Assembly: GCF_001194135.2 (NCBI RefSeq)
Contig: NC_068986.1
Coordinates: 38,199,178-38,263,177, forward strand
Reading direction: 5' to 3'
Source of the DNA: Octopus bimaculoides
Lineage: Eukaryota
DNA length: 64,000 nucleotides
Of this stretch, positions 1-12,419 are shown in pieces. A program made the translations under genes and the position numbers. Positions within the stretch are counted from its first letter, which is position 1. Every line of letters starts with the position of its first letter. The notes below the pieces were generated by a model. That model was not told where the DNA came from and searched no databases. It saw only the letters and a list, made by a program, of their open reading frames with translations.

Positions 1-421
1 CTTTTTTTTTTTTTTTGCTTTTTTTGTTTTGCTTTCTTTAAACAAATATGGACATTTAGATATTGCAGAAAATATTTTAACAGTTGGATGCCCTTCTCAC
101 AGCTAACTAATTGATTGTGACAAGAGAATATTTGTTGACTACTAGAGTTTGGAATATACATAACATTTGCTGTTATTCTACATAATTATGGAGGCTGTTC
201 TGATACAGAGTATGAGGTGTTTTGGCATAGCTACTTTGGCACTGACTATTTGACATCATTAATTCAACACTGACTTATTTGACATCAGGGATTTCAACCC
301 ATCAGACATACAGAGCCTCTTGACTTGTAATTCTTCAATATTTTGCTTACTCTATCCATGTGTAATGTGAGAAATTTAACCCTTTTGATACCAACTTGCT
401 TATGACTACTCCTGGAGGTGC

Positions 422-735
422 AGGTATGGCTGTGTTTAAGAAGTTCATTTACAATCATGTGGTTTCGGAGGTTCAGTTCCATGGTGTGGCACCTTGAGAA
501 AGTATCTTCAACTATAGCCTTGGATCATCCAATACCTTGTGAGTGGAACTGGTAAATTGAAACTGTGTGGAAGCCTGTCATATATACATGTGTTTGTATG
601 TGTGTGTTTGTACTCCACTACCACTTGACAACTGGTGTTGGTTTGTTCATGCCCCCATATCTTAGCAGTTTCGTAAAAGGGATCGACAAAAGAAGCATCA
701 ACCTGAAAATAACTACTGGGGTTAATTTGTTTGTA
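422..735 (+). mobile_element. Family A tRNA-head SINE with CORE-like centre, old copy
   Basis: A-box-like TGGCTGTGTTTAAG, B-box-like GGTTCAGTTCC, then CACCTTGAGAAAGTATCTTCAACTATAGCC; homologous to the copies at 2295-2735 and 59525-59900. Confidence 0.75.
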
Positions 736-756
736 TATGCCCATCAAAGACATTTT

Positions 757-860
757 AATCCTTTAGCATTTAAACCAACTATATCCAACCAAAATATTCT
801 ATTTGTTTTATGTTCAAACTGGCCAAATCGGGTCTCTCACACCTACCCCACAATGTCATC
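757..860 (+). mobile_element. piggyBac-like MITE fragment (same family as 32623-32745)
   Basis: TTAATCCTTTAGCATT start and shared GGTCTCTCACACCTAC...ACAATGTCAT segment. Confidence 0.5.
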
Positions 861-1149
861 TTTGCTCCTCATCTTTGCTTCACCTCCATCCTTTGCTAGA
901 CTACTACTAAAGGCTCCTAAAGTTTCCAGTTATGGAAAAAAAAAAAACAGATTAAATTGCAAAACAGGTGCAATATGCCCTGATTGTTATACTGCATGCT
1001 CTTACAATCAACCACTAGAAAGCAATGTGTGCTGTAGCATGGACTGATGCAACAAAATGACTTGTTTTTTAAATGTCTGTTGGGATTGGTTAACTTCATA
1101 ACATTATAGATTCTCTACTCCAATACTGCTGACTGGAGTAATTCAGCAT

Positions 1150-1545
1150 CAATAATTACATCAACAACAGCAACAGCAACAACAGATATCATAATTATTG
1201 CAAGCAACATCATCATCATCACAACCAATACAACCAAACCACCACCACCACCACCACCATCATCGTCATCATTATCAACATCATCAACATCATCTTCTTC
1301 ATCACTGCCATCAACATCATCATCTTTATCATGTTTGTCGTCATTATTGATGTCACGGTTGTTTTCATCTTTGCCACCATCGCCATCCCCATCATTAGCA
1401 TCATTATCATCATCATTGTCATCTTCATCATCTTCAGCATCATTGCCATCAGTATCGTCGTCTTTATCATGACTGTCAAATTAACGTTGCCACTATCATC
1501 AACATTGTCATCGTCATTTTCATCGCTATTAATATCATCATCTCA
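1150..1545. repeat. Compound (CAT/CAA/CAC)n microsatellite
   Basis: Direct inspection; source of the M/I-rich pseudo-ORFs. Confidence 0.9.
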
Positions 1546-1598
1546 TCAGTGTTGCATCTGTGACTGTTTGGCTGTCACAAAAATAATGAGAATAAGTA

Positions 1599-1680
1599 CA
1601 GGGTGTCCACAAGGTCTGGGTACATGGAGTAAATAAAATCATAACATAAACAATTAAACCCAGACTTTGTGGACACCCTG
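1599..1680. mobile_element. 82-bp Tc1/mariner-type MITE
   Basis: 23-bp TIRs CAGGGTGTCCACAA(G/A)GTCTGGGT (22/23 match); TA on both sides (1597-98, 1681-82). Confidence 0.9.
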
Positions 1681-1824
1681 TAGATTACAATGCACTTCAA
1701 AGGCTAAGAATCTACTAATATTTACAGCAGTATCAATACCAACACTAACACCACTACCATGAGAAAAAAGAGAAGAAAGCAAGACAGAAAAAATCCCCTT
1801 CCAGAATACCCCACCCACACACAC

Positions 1825-1859
<35 letters not shown>

Positions 1860-1860
<1 letters not shown>

Positions 1861-2073
1861 CTTTATTGCCCACAGTGGGGACAAACAAGGACAGACAAAG
1901 GGATTAAGTCGATTGCATTAACCCCAGTGCATAGCTGGTATTTATTTAATTGACCCCGAAAGGATGAAAAGCAAAGTCGACCTCGGTGGAATTTGAACTC
2001 AGAACATAACGGCAGACGAAATACCACTAAGTATTTCGCCCGGCGTGCTAACGATTCTGCCAGCTCGCCGCTC
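1860..2073 (-). mobile_element. Family B tRNA-head SINE, young CpG-retaining copy
   Basis: Reverse complement reads GCGGCGAGCTGGCAGAATCGTTAGCACG...GAGTTCAAATTCCACCGAGGTCGACTTTGCTTTTCATCCTTTCGGGGTC. Confidence 0.85.
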
Positions 2074-2294
2074 TAAATGCCATATATATATATATATANN
2101 NNNNNNNNTATGTATGTATGTATGTATGTATGTATGTATGTATGTATGTATGTATGTATGTATGTATGTATGTATGTATATATATATATATGTGTGTGCC
2201 AATGCATGAAACACTCAGACCTTTAGTCACTCTGTTACTTCTGCTAAATATTAATAAAAATACATATATATGTATATTTATATATATATATATA

Positions 2295-2528
2295 TATTCT
2301 TCTATTCATTTACTTGTTTCAGTCATTTAACTGTGGTTATGCTGGAGCACTGCCTTGAAGCAAATCGACCCCAGGACTTATTTTTTTTGGAAACCTAATA
2401 CTTATTCTGTCCGTTTCTTTTGCTGAACCACTAAGTTACAGGGACATAATCACACCAATACCAATTGTCAAGTGACAATGGAGGGGTATGTGTGTAAACA
2501 AAGACACAAGCACACATAAATATATACA

Positions 2529-2587
<59 letters not shown>

Positions 2588-2735
2588 GGCTTCTTTCAGT
2601 TTCCATCTACCAAATCTATTCACAAGGCTTTGGTCGGCCTGAAGCTATAGTAGAAGAGACTTGCCCAAGGGGCTACACAGTAGGAGTGAACCCAGAACCA
2701 TGTTCTTGGGAAGCAAGCATTTTACCACACACACA
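2295..2735 (-). mobile_element. Family A SINE, near full length with internal (TA)n
   Basis: Head at ~2735-2690, CORE-like TTGGGCAAGTCTCTTCTACTATAGC, tail ending CTGAAACAAGTAAATGAATA. Confidence 0.85.
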
Positions 2736-2767
2736 TATATGTGTTATATATATACTCACACACATGT

Positions 2768-2798
<31 letters not shown>

Positions 2799-2906
2799 TA
2801 TATTTATGAAGATCTGCAATAACCTGGTTAGAATGAAAAACGGTTTATACTCAAACAAACGAATACATGCTCACGCATATTCAAGCACACAGGCACATGC
2901 ACATGT

Positions 2907-2954
<48 letters not shown>

Positions 2955-3835
2955 CACATACAGAGAAATAAACAAGCAGACACTTACACACAGGAATACA
3001 AAAGCAAAAACAAAAACAAAAAGACAGTTGTACAAAAGAAAAAGAATGAAAGAATAAAAAAATAAAGCAAAAACTGTCTGGTGGGAAATAACTTTCATTC
3101 ATGAAATGTGTTAAAAATAAACAGACAAAAATATATACAGAAAGAAAAGTTTTTAGAAAATGACCCATTCATACATCATACATCAGTAATTTTAATGAAA
3201 ATCATGAGTTGCCTAATGAGTCAGTCATGACTACAACAACATATGAAATGTCAAATCTATCTCTTCAACCTTAAAACATATATATATATATATATATACA
3301 TATATATAGTGTGTGTGTGTGTATATATTTATGTATATATATATNNNNNNNNNNNNNNNNNNNNNNNNNNNNNNNNNNNNNNNNNNNNNNNNNNNNNNNN
3401 NNNNNNNNNNNNNNNNNNNNNNNNNNNNNNNNNNNNNNNNNNNNNNNNNNNNNNNNNNNNNNNNNNNNNNNNNNNNNNNNNNNNNNNNNNNNNNNNNNNN
3501 NNNNNNNNNNNNNNNNNNNNNNNNNNNNNNNNNNNNNNNNNNNNNNNNNNNNNNNNNNNNNNNNNNNNNNNNNNNNNNNNNNNNNNNNNNNNNNNNNNNN
3601 NNNNNNNNNNNNNNNNNNNNNNNNNNNNNNNNNNNNNNNNNNNNNNNNNNNNNNNNNNNNNNNNNNNNNNNNNNNNNNNNNNNNNNNNNNNNNNNNNNNN
3701 NNNNNNNNNNNNNNNNNNNNNNNNNNNNNNNNNNNNNNNNNNNNNNNNNNNNNNNNNNNNNNNNNNNNNNNNNNNNNNNNNNNNNNNNNNNNNNNNNNNN
3801 NNNNNNNNNNNNNNNNNNNNNNNNNNNNNNNNNNN

Positions 3836-3880
<45 letters not shown>

Positions 3881-4325
3881 TGCATATATATATACATGTG
3901 TGTGTGTGTGTGTGTGCATAAACATTTGGCTCTGCAACTACACAGCTATGTCAAGCTTTAATATGTGAAAAAAATCTATTATATAAAATGAAATAAGAAA
4001 ATAAAGCAAAATGACAAAAACCATCAAAGAAAAATGATTGTTATCTTTTTTCTCTTCTTTTATTTTATCACTGTTTTGCATATAATTATCAATGTTAGCT
4101 CATAATGGAGAAATGAAAGGGAGAGATGATGGCTTTTGAAAATTTCGACATTTGCATGTAATTCTACTGGTCTTATACTCTATTCTTCTACATTTTTCCT
4201 CATTTTGCTCATTTCTTTCATTGAACTGTGGATGACCATGCTGGGGCATCACTTTTTAAGGGTTTCAGTTGATTGTGTTGACCACAGTATTTATCATCAT
4301 CATCATCATTATTATTATTATTATT

Positions 4326-4934
4326 GAGTGAGAGAGCAAAGCATGCCATCAAAGTGACACTGGGGTAAAATATACGAAGCCCAATATACCCATCATGACT
4401 ACCCGTCTGATAAGAGTACACCAGGCACATGCATCACAACCACATGTGCGTGACATGGTGATCTCATATCAAGATAAACAGCACATGACCTTGCAGGTGG
4501 GGCCCAGTTAGAATTTTCTTCAGATCGAGTAGCCCATTCCGCTCAAAAGGTCCCTGAATAAGGTTTGTTTAAGGATGTTGAACAGAACACCCATGTTTCC
4601 AAAGGTGAATTATTCAAACCCCAATGAATTCCTCTCAACACATGGCTATGATGCTCCCCCACTACTTCTGCTCATGATCAGAGGTGCACATATCGTCAGC
4701 CACCAAGAGACATGCTCAACTGGTTAAGGTCAAACAACTGACAAGCAAATCTGTGGTATTAAGCAGAATATTTGTTGTAGCCCATCTTTTATACCATGAC
4801 AAAACAATGTACATGATAACACTTCCAATCAGTTAAAATCCGAAGCCATGAGAGCTACTGCCTAGTACTGCATCAGGGCATACCACTGCCTGGTACTGCA
4901 TCAGGGCATACCACTGCCTGGTACTGCATCAGAG

Positions 4935-4937
<3 letters not shown>
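4326..4937. mobile_element. ~610-bp non-coding element embedded in (ATT)n, with a terminal 28-bp triplication
   Basis: High-complexity block flanked on both sides by (ATT)n; ACTGCCTGGTACTGCATCAGGGCATACC x3 at 4857-4937. Confidence 0.6.
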
Positions 4938-4995
<58 letters not shown>

Positions 4996-5006
4996 GTTAT
5001 TATTAT

Positions 5007-5470
5007 AAGGTGTTGAACTAACAGAATCATTAGCATGGCGATGAAACGTTTAGCGGTATTTCATCCGTCTTCAGGTTCTAAGTTGGAATGCGTTGATGTC
5101 AACTTTGACTTTCATCCTTTTGGGGTCGATAAATTAAGTACCAGTGGAACACTGGGGTCAATGTAATCGACTTATCCCATCCACCAAAATTTGTGATCAT
5201 TTGCCAATAGTAGAAAGGATTATTATTAATATTATTATTATTGTTAGGGTAGTAAGCTGGCAGAATTGTTAGCATGCTGGTCAAAATGCATAGTGGTATT
5301 TCATCTGCCGCTATGTTCTGAGTTCAAATTCCACAGAGGTCAGTTTTGCCTTTTATCCTTTCGTGGTCAATAAATTAAGTACCAGTCAAGTACTGGGGTC
5401 GAAGTAATCAACTATTACCCCCCACCACCAAAAACTGCTGCCTTTGTGGCAAAATTTGAAACCGTTATTA
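5007..5470 (+). mobile_element. Two head-to-tail Family B SINEs separated by (ATT)n
   Basis: Both carry the CTTT...ATCCTTT...AATTAAGTACCAGT core; (ATT)n tails. Confidence 0.8.
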
Positions 5471-5836
5471 TTATTACTATTATTATTATTTTCATTACCA
5501 TCAATTCTGTTACCATTTCTTGCCAAGTGTCTTCCTGACACCCAGGGCAGAGAAGCACATTGTATACATTGGTAGGCCATTAAAATAAACATGCCAAATT
5601 GTCCATTTACAAAATCATGTGAAAGAGAAAAAGGGAAGAAAGACAGAGAGAAAAGGCAAAAAATAAAAATAAAACTGTAAACAGAGAAAATAAAAGGGGA
5701 AAAGGGAAAGAAAATTCACGACAATGCTCTTCTCAATACATGTGACGCACCAGTTAAGACGATCTTTTGCACTTTTGTATGGATGATGATGATGATGATT
5801 ATTATTATTATCATTATTATTATTATTATTATTATT

Positions 5837-6310
5837 GCCTTTGCACAGCTTCTAATGCTGGAGATGTACTATGGTGTCAGCTGTTCATTACCAATGAGCT
5901 AAGGTAACACCTCTTATTTTCTGAGCACCTTCTGGAGTATTCGAGCAGTTCCAAGTAGTGCTGTTTTCTGTAAGTGCTCCACCTTATTACAGCCCCTATT
6001 TGTTCCATGTACTTCTTGAGATTTTTTACCCACTGTTCCCAGAGCTCCAACTGTTATTGGTACCACTACCACCTTTTTCATCGACCACAACTGCTTTACC
6101 TCCCAAGCTAACCTGTCATACCTATCAACTTTTTTTTCTTCCTTATCGCATACCTTGTTAGCTGAGCATGCTATATCTATGATCCAGCAAAGTTTGCTTT
6201 CTTTCTCAATTAAGACTATGTCTGGCTTCCTATTCTCTATCTCATGGTCACATTGAATCATAAAATCCCACAGGATCTTTGTATTATAATTTTCGATGAT
6301 GCCTTCAGGG
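5837..6310 (-). pseudogene. 5'-truncated non-LTR retrotransposon 3' end with restriction-like endonuclease domain (Dong/R4-type)
   Basis: ORF 5914-6261: RKPDIVLIEK..IIDIAC...KEEKKVDRY..L..EVKQLW...VVPITVGALG...LQKTALLGTARILQKVL, a PD-(D/E)xK RLE signature; short 3' UTR followed by (AAT)n on the sense strand. Confidence 0.85.
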
Positions 6311-6329
6311 TTAATGAAATAATTATCAG

Positions 6330-6599
6330 TTGAGCACTGGGATTTATGTAATCAACTTGTTGGCCTTGTGCCAAAATATGAAATCAATATAAAGGCAGAA
6401 TCGTTAGCACACCAGGCAAAATGCTTCGCAGCGTTTTGTCCATCTTTATGTTCTGAGTTCAAATTCCTCTGAGGTCAACTTTGCCTTCCATCCTTTCAGG
6501 GTCAATAAAATAGGTACCAGTCAAGTACTGGGGTCAATGTAATTCACAAGCCTGCCCTTGCCCTGCCAGATTTCAGGCTTTGTGCCTATAGTAGAAGGG

Positions 6600-6634
<35 letters not shown>

Positions 6635-6845
6635 GGTGGTGAGCTGGCAAAATTATTAGCACACTGGGCAAAATGCTTAGCGGCATTTCATCTGTCCTTA
6701 CATTCTGAGTTCAGATTCCAAAGTGGTCAACTTTTTCATCCTTTCAAGGTCGATGAAATAAGTACCAGTTATGTACTGGAGTTGATGTAATCGACTAGCG
6801 CTGCCTCCCCAAAATTTGAGGCCCTGTGCCTATAGTAGAAAGGAA

Positions 6846-6850
<5 letters not shown>
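6330..6850 (+). mobile_element. Chain of Family B SINEs with (ATT)n linkers
   Basis: Heads at ~6394 and ~6635, a tail fragment at ~6330, tails ending CTATAGTAGAA(A/G)GGA(TT). Confidence 0.8.
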
Positions 6851-6916
<66 letters not shown>

Positions 6917-7129
6917 GTAACAATCTTGTGTACAAATTCAATGCAATAAGCTTTACTCACAAGGGATATCGGTCAACCTTAAGCTAGCGTAAGACATACA
7001 TGCCAAAGTGCCACACAGTAGGAGCCATATGGTTGAAAAGTTCTTAACAACTCAGCCATTCCTGCATGTCTGTATTATTAAAGAAAATTTTTTGTCTCAT
7101 TTTTTTTCTATTGATGAGCATTGTTGTTG

Positions 7130-7745
7130 TTGTTTAATCCCAGGTCAGTTTTCATCGAGTAAACATGTAAACACATATCAGCAAAGATCTGATCATTTTT
7201 CCAGACTGAGCTGTGTTTTTTTTTTAAGCCAGTAGAGCATAATGTGATAGAAACTCAGCTGCTATTTCTTGTAGATCAATCAATCAGGTAGAACTACCCT
7301 TGGTTCATTGACAATGTTCTTTTAGTCTAAGTCAGGCCTGTCGTCAGAGGCATTCCAAGGATGATCAACCAATTGTTTTACAGATATATTATATCTGGGA
7401 CTACATTATCTTTTATTCTGCATTTAGGTGTGCATTATCCTTAATTTTTTGTTTGTTTTCTTCTTTGTTTTGTTTTTCTTTTTAAGATTTTGAGGAATGA
7501 TTCTAGGAATACTTGGCTGCTACTTCTAGCAGGTCTTGCTGAGCCAATGAGAAAGCCTCTATGCATATGCTTAATTTGCTGAGAATAGCTCCAACATTTC
7601 CCCTCGTTCATACCCCAGCTTCTTAGAAGAGAAATTCACATTAAATAATGTATTCTTAGATGCTCACGAAAATGACAGGGTGGTCATAAATGGAATGCTT
7701 TTGATCATAGGTCTGTTTGTTCTCAGTTGACCTGGAACTAAACAA
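7130..7745. repeat. Cluster of Family E short dispersed repeat in both orientations
   Basis: Shared CAGGTCAG...ATGATCAAAGGCATTCCAGC and TTGGCTGCTATTTCTAGCAG segments recur at ~11860, 32110, 32440, 34020, 34500, 35690, 57060 and 59930. Confidence 0.6.
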
Positions 7746-8321
7746 AATCAATAATTTGGTCTCATGCCAAGACAAAGAAATCATTATTCTCAATTATTCT
7801 GATGAAGACAACAGTTGGATATTGATATAGTAGGCTTTATGATATTTAACAAATAGAACCAAGAGTCTGAGGAAACTCGTGTTAATCTGCACTGACAAAA
7901 ATCATCGCATATATAAATGAATAAATTTATATGAAGTAGAAAAATGAAGGGCTTGGCAAGATTGCTGAAAATGTCAGTTATTGAGTTTCTGATGGTATAT
8001 AAACTTAATCAAATTTGTAAATATAACTTTCTGATATTTAGTTTGGTATCAAAATAGCTACAGCCCTTAAAGAGTGTCAACCATTTTGCCTCAAGAGAGC
8101 CCAACTTGATAAATTTGTCATTGGAGCCTTTCAGCTTTTATAAACAGTGGAGAGAATAAGAATGAAGTATGGTTTGCCTACCACATATTACATTCAATAT
8201 GATTGTATGGTGGTTTACACAGCATGGTTCCAGCTCAGGCTGAAGCATAGCACATCTGAGATGTCCAATTTATTGACAACTCCACAAAAATTATTGGATA
8301 GTACCGTCTACTTTCGAGAAG

Positions 8322-8551
8322 TTGTTCTGAAACAATATTGATTTCAAATTTTGGCACAAGGCCAGCAATTTCGTGTGAAGTGGTTAAGTCAGTTATATTG
8401 ACCCAGTACTTAACTGGTACTTATTCTATTGACCCTGAAAGGTAGAAAGGCAAAGTCAACCTCGGAGGAATTTGAACTCAGAATGTGAAAGCTGAGGAAA
8501 TGCTGCTAAACATTTTGCTTGGCATTCTAACAATTCTGCCAGCTTGCCACC

Positions 8552-8618
<67 letters not shown>

Positions 8619-8852
8619 TTTCAAATTTTGGCACAAGGCCAGCAATTTCGGGTGATGGGGTGTAAGTCAATTATATTGACCCCAGTACTTAACTGTTATT
8701 TATTTTATTGACCCCGAAAAGATGAGAGGCAAAGTCGATCTCAGAGGAATTTGAATTCAGAATGTAAAGACAGACGAAGTGCTGCTAAACATTTTGCTTG
8801 GTATGCTAATGATTCTGTCAGCTTGCCGCCTTGTTCTGAAACAATATTGATT
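8322..8852 (-). mobile_element. Family B SINE dimer inside one 22-bp direct repeat
   Basis: TTGTTCTGAAACAATATTGATT at 8322-8343 and 8831-8852; two SINEs joined by (TAA)n at ~8552-8615. Confidence 0.85.
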
Positions 8853-9104
8853 ACTTAACATATAAGCTCCCTGACATTTTATACATATCTGCAGAACTAG
8901 TCTGCTACTGAAATCCAAGCAGAAATTTTCAGCTTTAATTTATCGGATTTAGGTTTACCTTAATAAATACCGAGTATGCTAACAGTCCAAGCATGATATG
9001 CAACATAGAATAGTTGAGAGAGCTTTACTCTTTCTCCCTTTTTTCCCTTTTCTTGTTCTTTCCTGTCTTGTAAGTTATTTAATAACCTTGCTGGTGCTGG
9101 TGAT

Positions 9105-9360
9105 ACAAAAACCACACCCAGTACACCCTGTAAAGTGGTTGGTGTTAGAAAGGGAGTCCAACCATTAAAACCATGCAAAAACTAACATGGAGCACAATGC
9201 AGCTCTGTAGCTCACCAGATCCTGTCAAATTGTTCAACCCATGCCAGCATGGAAAGCAGATGCTAAACGATGATGATCATGATGATCATGATCATGATCA
9301 TGATGAGGATCATCATCATCATCATCATCGTCATCATCATCATCATGATGAAGATGATGG

Positions 9361-9419
<59 letters not shown>

Positions 9420-9420
9420 A
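9105..9420 (+). mobile_element. Family D retroposon 3' part plus long (GAT)n tail
   Basis: GCATGGAAAGCAGATGCTAAACGATGATGAT terminus shared with copies at 15330, 22505, 28905 and 29890. Confidence 0.7.
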
Positions 9421-10883
9421 TGAAAAGTATGCTATTCTGTATTATATATCAAACTGATGAGTCTATAGATATATGCTATATTACAGAATAACATAAGACT
9501 TTCTCTTTCTTGATAATTATTAAATTAAGGCAACAAGCTAGCAGTGTCATTAGAACATAAGACATAATACCTTGCAGCATTCATTCTGGCTCTTGGCACT
9601 TCAAATTCCACTGTGATTGGCCTTGCCTTTCATCCATTTATAATTACTAAATTAAGTATCAGTTCAATACTAGGATTGATTCTTCTCTTTCTTTCTTACT
9701 CTCTTCTTTCATTCCATCTGATAGAAATCAGCAGTGTTTCAATCTAGAAAGGGTTGGACTCTTCTTAGTTAAAAAATGCTCAAGATATGCTGTATGTCAT
9801 AATAACACCCCTGTGATTCCATCAGAAATTGAAACTACAAGGAAGAAAGGCAGTTTAGCAGGGCTCTTGCTGAGTTTCCAACCATCATACTCAGATCCAT
9901 GATCTATCATACTGCCTTATAGGGTAAGGCCAGCTGTGAAAAATTTATTGTGTCACCACAGGACATTAATACCTATGCAAATATAGCTCAACTAATCAGA
10001 TTAGCTGATGGGTAACAAAGTGAGCAGAAATCATTCTACCAAATAACCTGGTCAAACCTTCTAGAAAAACTCTGCTAGGTTATGAAAAGTTGGCGAATAA
10101 AGCCTAAGACAGAGCCATTCACAAATCTACATGGAACCATGTCACTCTGCTCATGAGATAGTCCCTCACCCTCTTCTACATTCCCCGTACAGAACAATTT
10201 ATGGTATGACACAAAACTATGTCACTCAATGCATGAAAGGAGTTCTCACTTTTTTTGCTTGCTCCGTCTAGAATGACCTGCTACTCAAAGTTATACCAGC
10301 TTTGTGATAAGGCATTCTAATCATTTCTATTGGATTTGTTCTCAATAATTATGAAATGTCTTCATATTACTATCTGACATATACAGCAAAAACTTGCACT
10401 TACTCCATTTCATATCTCTTAAATGCTGTTATATCTATTCAACTGTTGAAAATATCTAAATGCAAGTATTCTAAGTTAATAAAAAATATGGAACCTTATA
10501 TAAATATTAGTGTGGTCATTATTAACACAATATGCAACTCCTTTAAATGTTGTTACTCATCAATAATTACTTAACAAACTGTGATATGCAACTAAAGCAG
10601 TCTTAAATTACTCAGATTTTAATGTAAAATTATTTCATGTCACAAGCAAAGTAGCTAGTTAGAAAATCTCTATAAGAGATGAAGGTAGTAACTATACTGT
10701 GAAGTAATGTTTATTGCCACATCAGTATGGCTGTTCAAAATTACTACCATTTTTAACCTCAGGAAGAGCTTCCTCCAGCTGGTTATCAATGAATGTTCCC
10801 ATTCATTGACTTAACTTGAACAGCATTCTTTGAGTTTATATGACTACAAAAATGTATAATAGGTCTAACATACTACCTGGTTT

Positions 10884-11330
10884 AACCCTTCTGATACTGA
10901 CCTGTCTGAAGCCACTCCTTGGTTTTATGATACAAACCTCTGGTTTTAAAGTAATCTAAATAAAATCTTCCACCAAAATTTCAGGTTAATGTATGTTCCA
11001 GACACCAGTTTAGTAATCCTTTCTACTATAAGCACAAAGCCTGGAATTCATGGGGAGGGGGATAGTCAATCACATCAATCCCAGTACATGACTGGTACTT
11101 ATTTTCTCGACCCTGAAAGAATGAAAGGCAAAGTGGACCATGGCGGAGTTTGAACTCAGAATATAAAGATGGATGAAACACCACTAAATATATTTCCTGG
11201 CATGCTAACACTTCTGCCAGCTTGACACCTTATTAATAACTGTTGTTATTAAACACCACTTTAATAACGATAGTTATTTGAGTAAATTTTTCATAATTTT
11301 TAAAATCAACTGGAACAAAGTTCGCATATT
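10884..11330. mobile_element. piggyBac-like MITE interrupted by a Family B SINE (~11018-11232, minus strand)
   Basis: TTAACCCTT start; both flanks align to the reverse complement of 25084-25291. Confidence 0.6.
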
Positions 11331-12419
11331 TCACTCACTTTGGTCCTTGAGTGTCTTTGGTAGAGTTCACTCATGGAAGTATTTGGATCTGACTACTGGT
11401 TCCCTTTACACTAAAGTATTTTTAACAAAATTATTTTTGCATCAATCTCACCAGTCTAAAGAAGGTCAGAAAAGGTCACAGACAATGTTTCTCCTCCTTG
11501 GACTAACTTATAGGAACAAAAATAGTTGAGATCCATCATTAATGCTATTACTGATTAAAGTTATTCAAGTGCTATTCAAGCAAAACTGATTGAAGCTATT
11601 CAACATCAGAAATAACGTCATTAAAAAACACAGCTATTTACCAAATTAGCAAACCTATATTTTATAATTAAATTCAACTTCCAGACTGAAACTGTAAGTC
11701 ATATCCATTCTTTGAAAAGCTTACAATGAAATATATAAGTCAGTTGGACTACTTTCTGGTTTCCAGAATTTGAACTGATGCTATTCCAATAAAAAGTCAA
11801 CAATTTGAAATGTTTATATTTTAATTCTTGCTTACTAGCAGCTACTTGATTTTATTTAACTCCAGGTCAGCTCTGAATCAAACATGTGATCAAAGGCATT
11901 CCAGCCATACTATACCATCTTTTTTTTTTTTTTTTTCTGAAATATAGTACACCTAAGGCTTCATTATCCAATGTGACCTTTCATTTTTTAACTTGATACA
12001 TGTGAATTTAGAGAGATTTGGTTGTTGCTTCTGGCAGATTGAGTGACCGAAAAAGGATTCTTCATTGATGGATTGGTTATGAAATGGTTGTTGTCCTTTA
12101 GTCCCAAGTCAGCCTGGATGAAACAAACTTAAGATCAAAAACATTTCATCCTTCACCTACCAGTCTTTTGTATTGTCACCACCACCACCACCGCTGCCGC
12201 CGCCATGCCTTACTGCCGCCGCCATGCCTTACTGCCGCCGCCATGCCTTACTGCTGCCACCGCCTCCGCCACCCCTGCCACCATCGTCGTCGTCATCATC
12301 ATCGTTGTTCTCATCNNNNNNNNNNCTTACTGCTGCCACCGCCTCCGCCACCCCTGCCACCATCGTCGTCGTCATCATCATCGTTGTTCTCATCGCCGTC
12401 GTCATCATCATCATCATTA

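Noticed and set aside
3231-3968. Long ORFs spanning N runs (also 16486-17854, 21904-22618, 27669-28479, 47293-49497, 50967-51387)
   Set aside because: Their length comes from X residues in assembly gaps; only the transposase part of 16486-17727 is real coding signal.
4857-4937. Short resemblance of GCAGTACC(AGG) to the U2 snRNA 3' region
   Set aside because: Only an 8-nt match, with no other U2 features or Sm site context.
9454-9480. CTGATGAGTC-TATA-GAT hammerhead-like start (other CTGANGA hits at 7800, 25712, 30693, 41650, 62579)
   Set aside because: No GAAA box or stems I/III at the required positions.
11280-11530. Minus-strand splice-like signals (TTCCTATAAG acceptor, GTGAGA and GTGAGT donors)
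   Set aside because: All three frames of the implied exons contain stops, and there is no other support.
12246-12395. ~70-bp direct repeat either side of a short N gap
   Set aside because: Identical sequence across a ~10-N gap is most likely an unmerged contig overlap.
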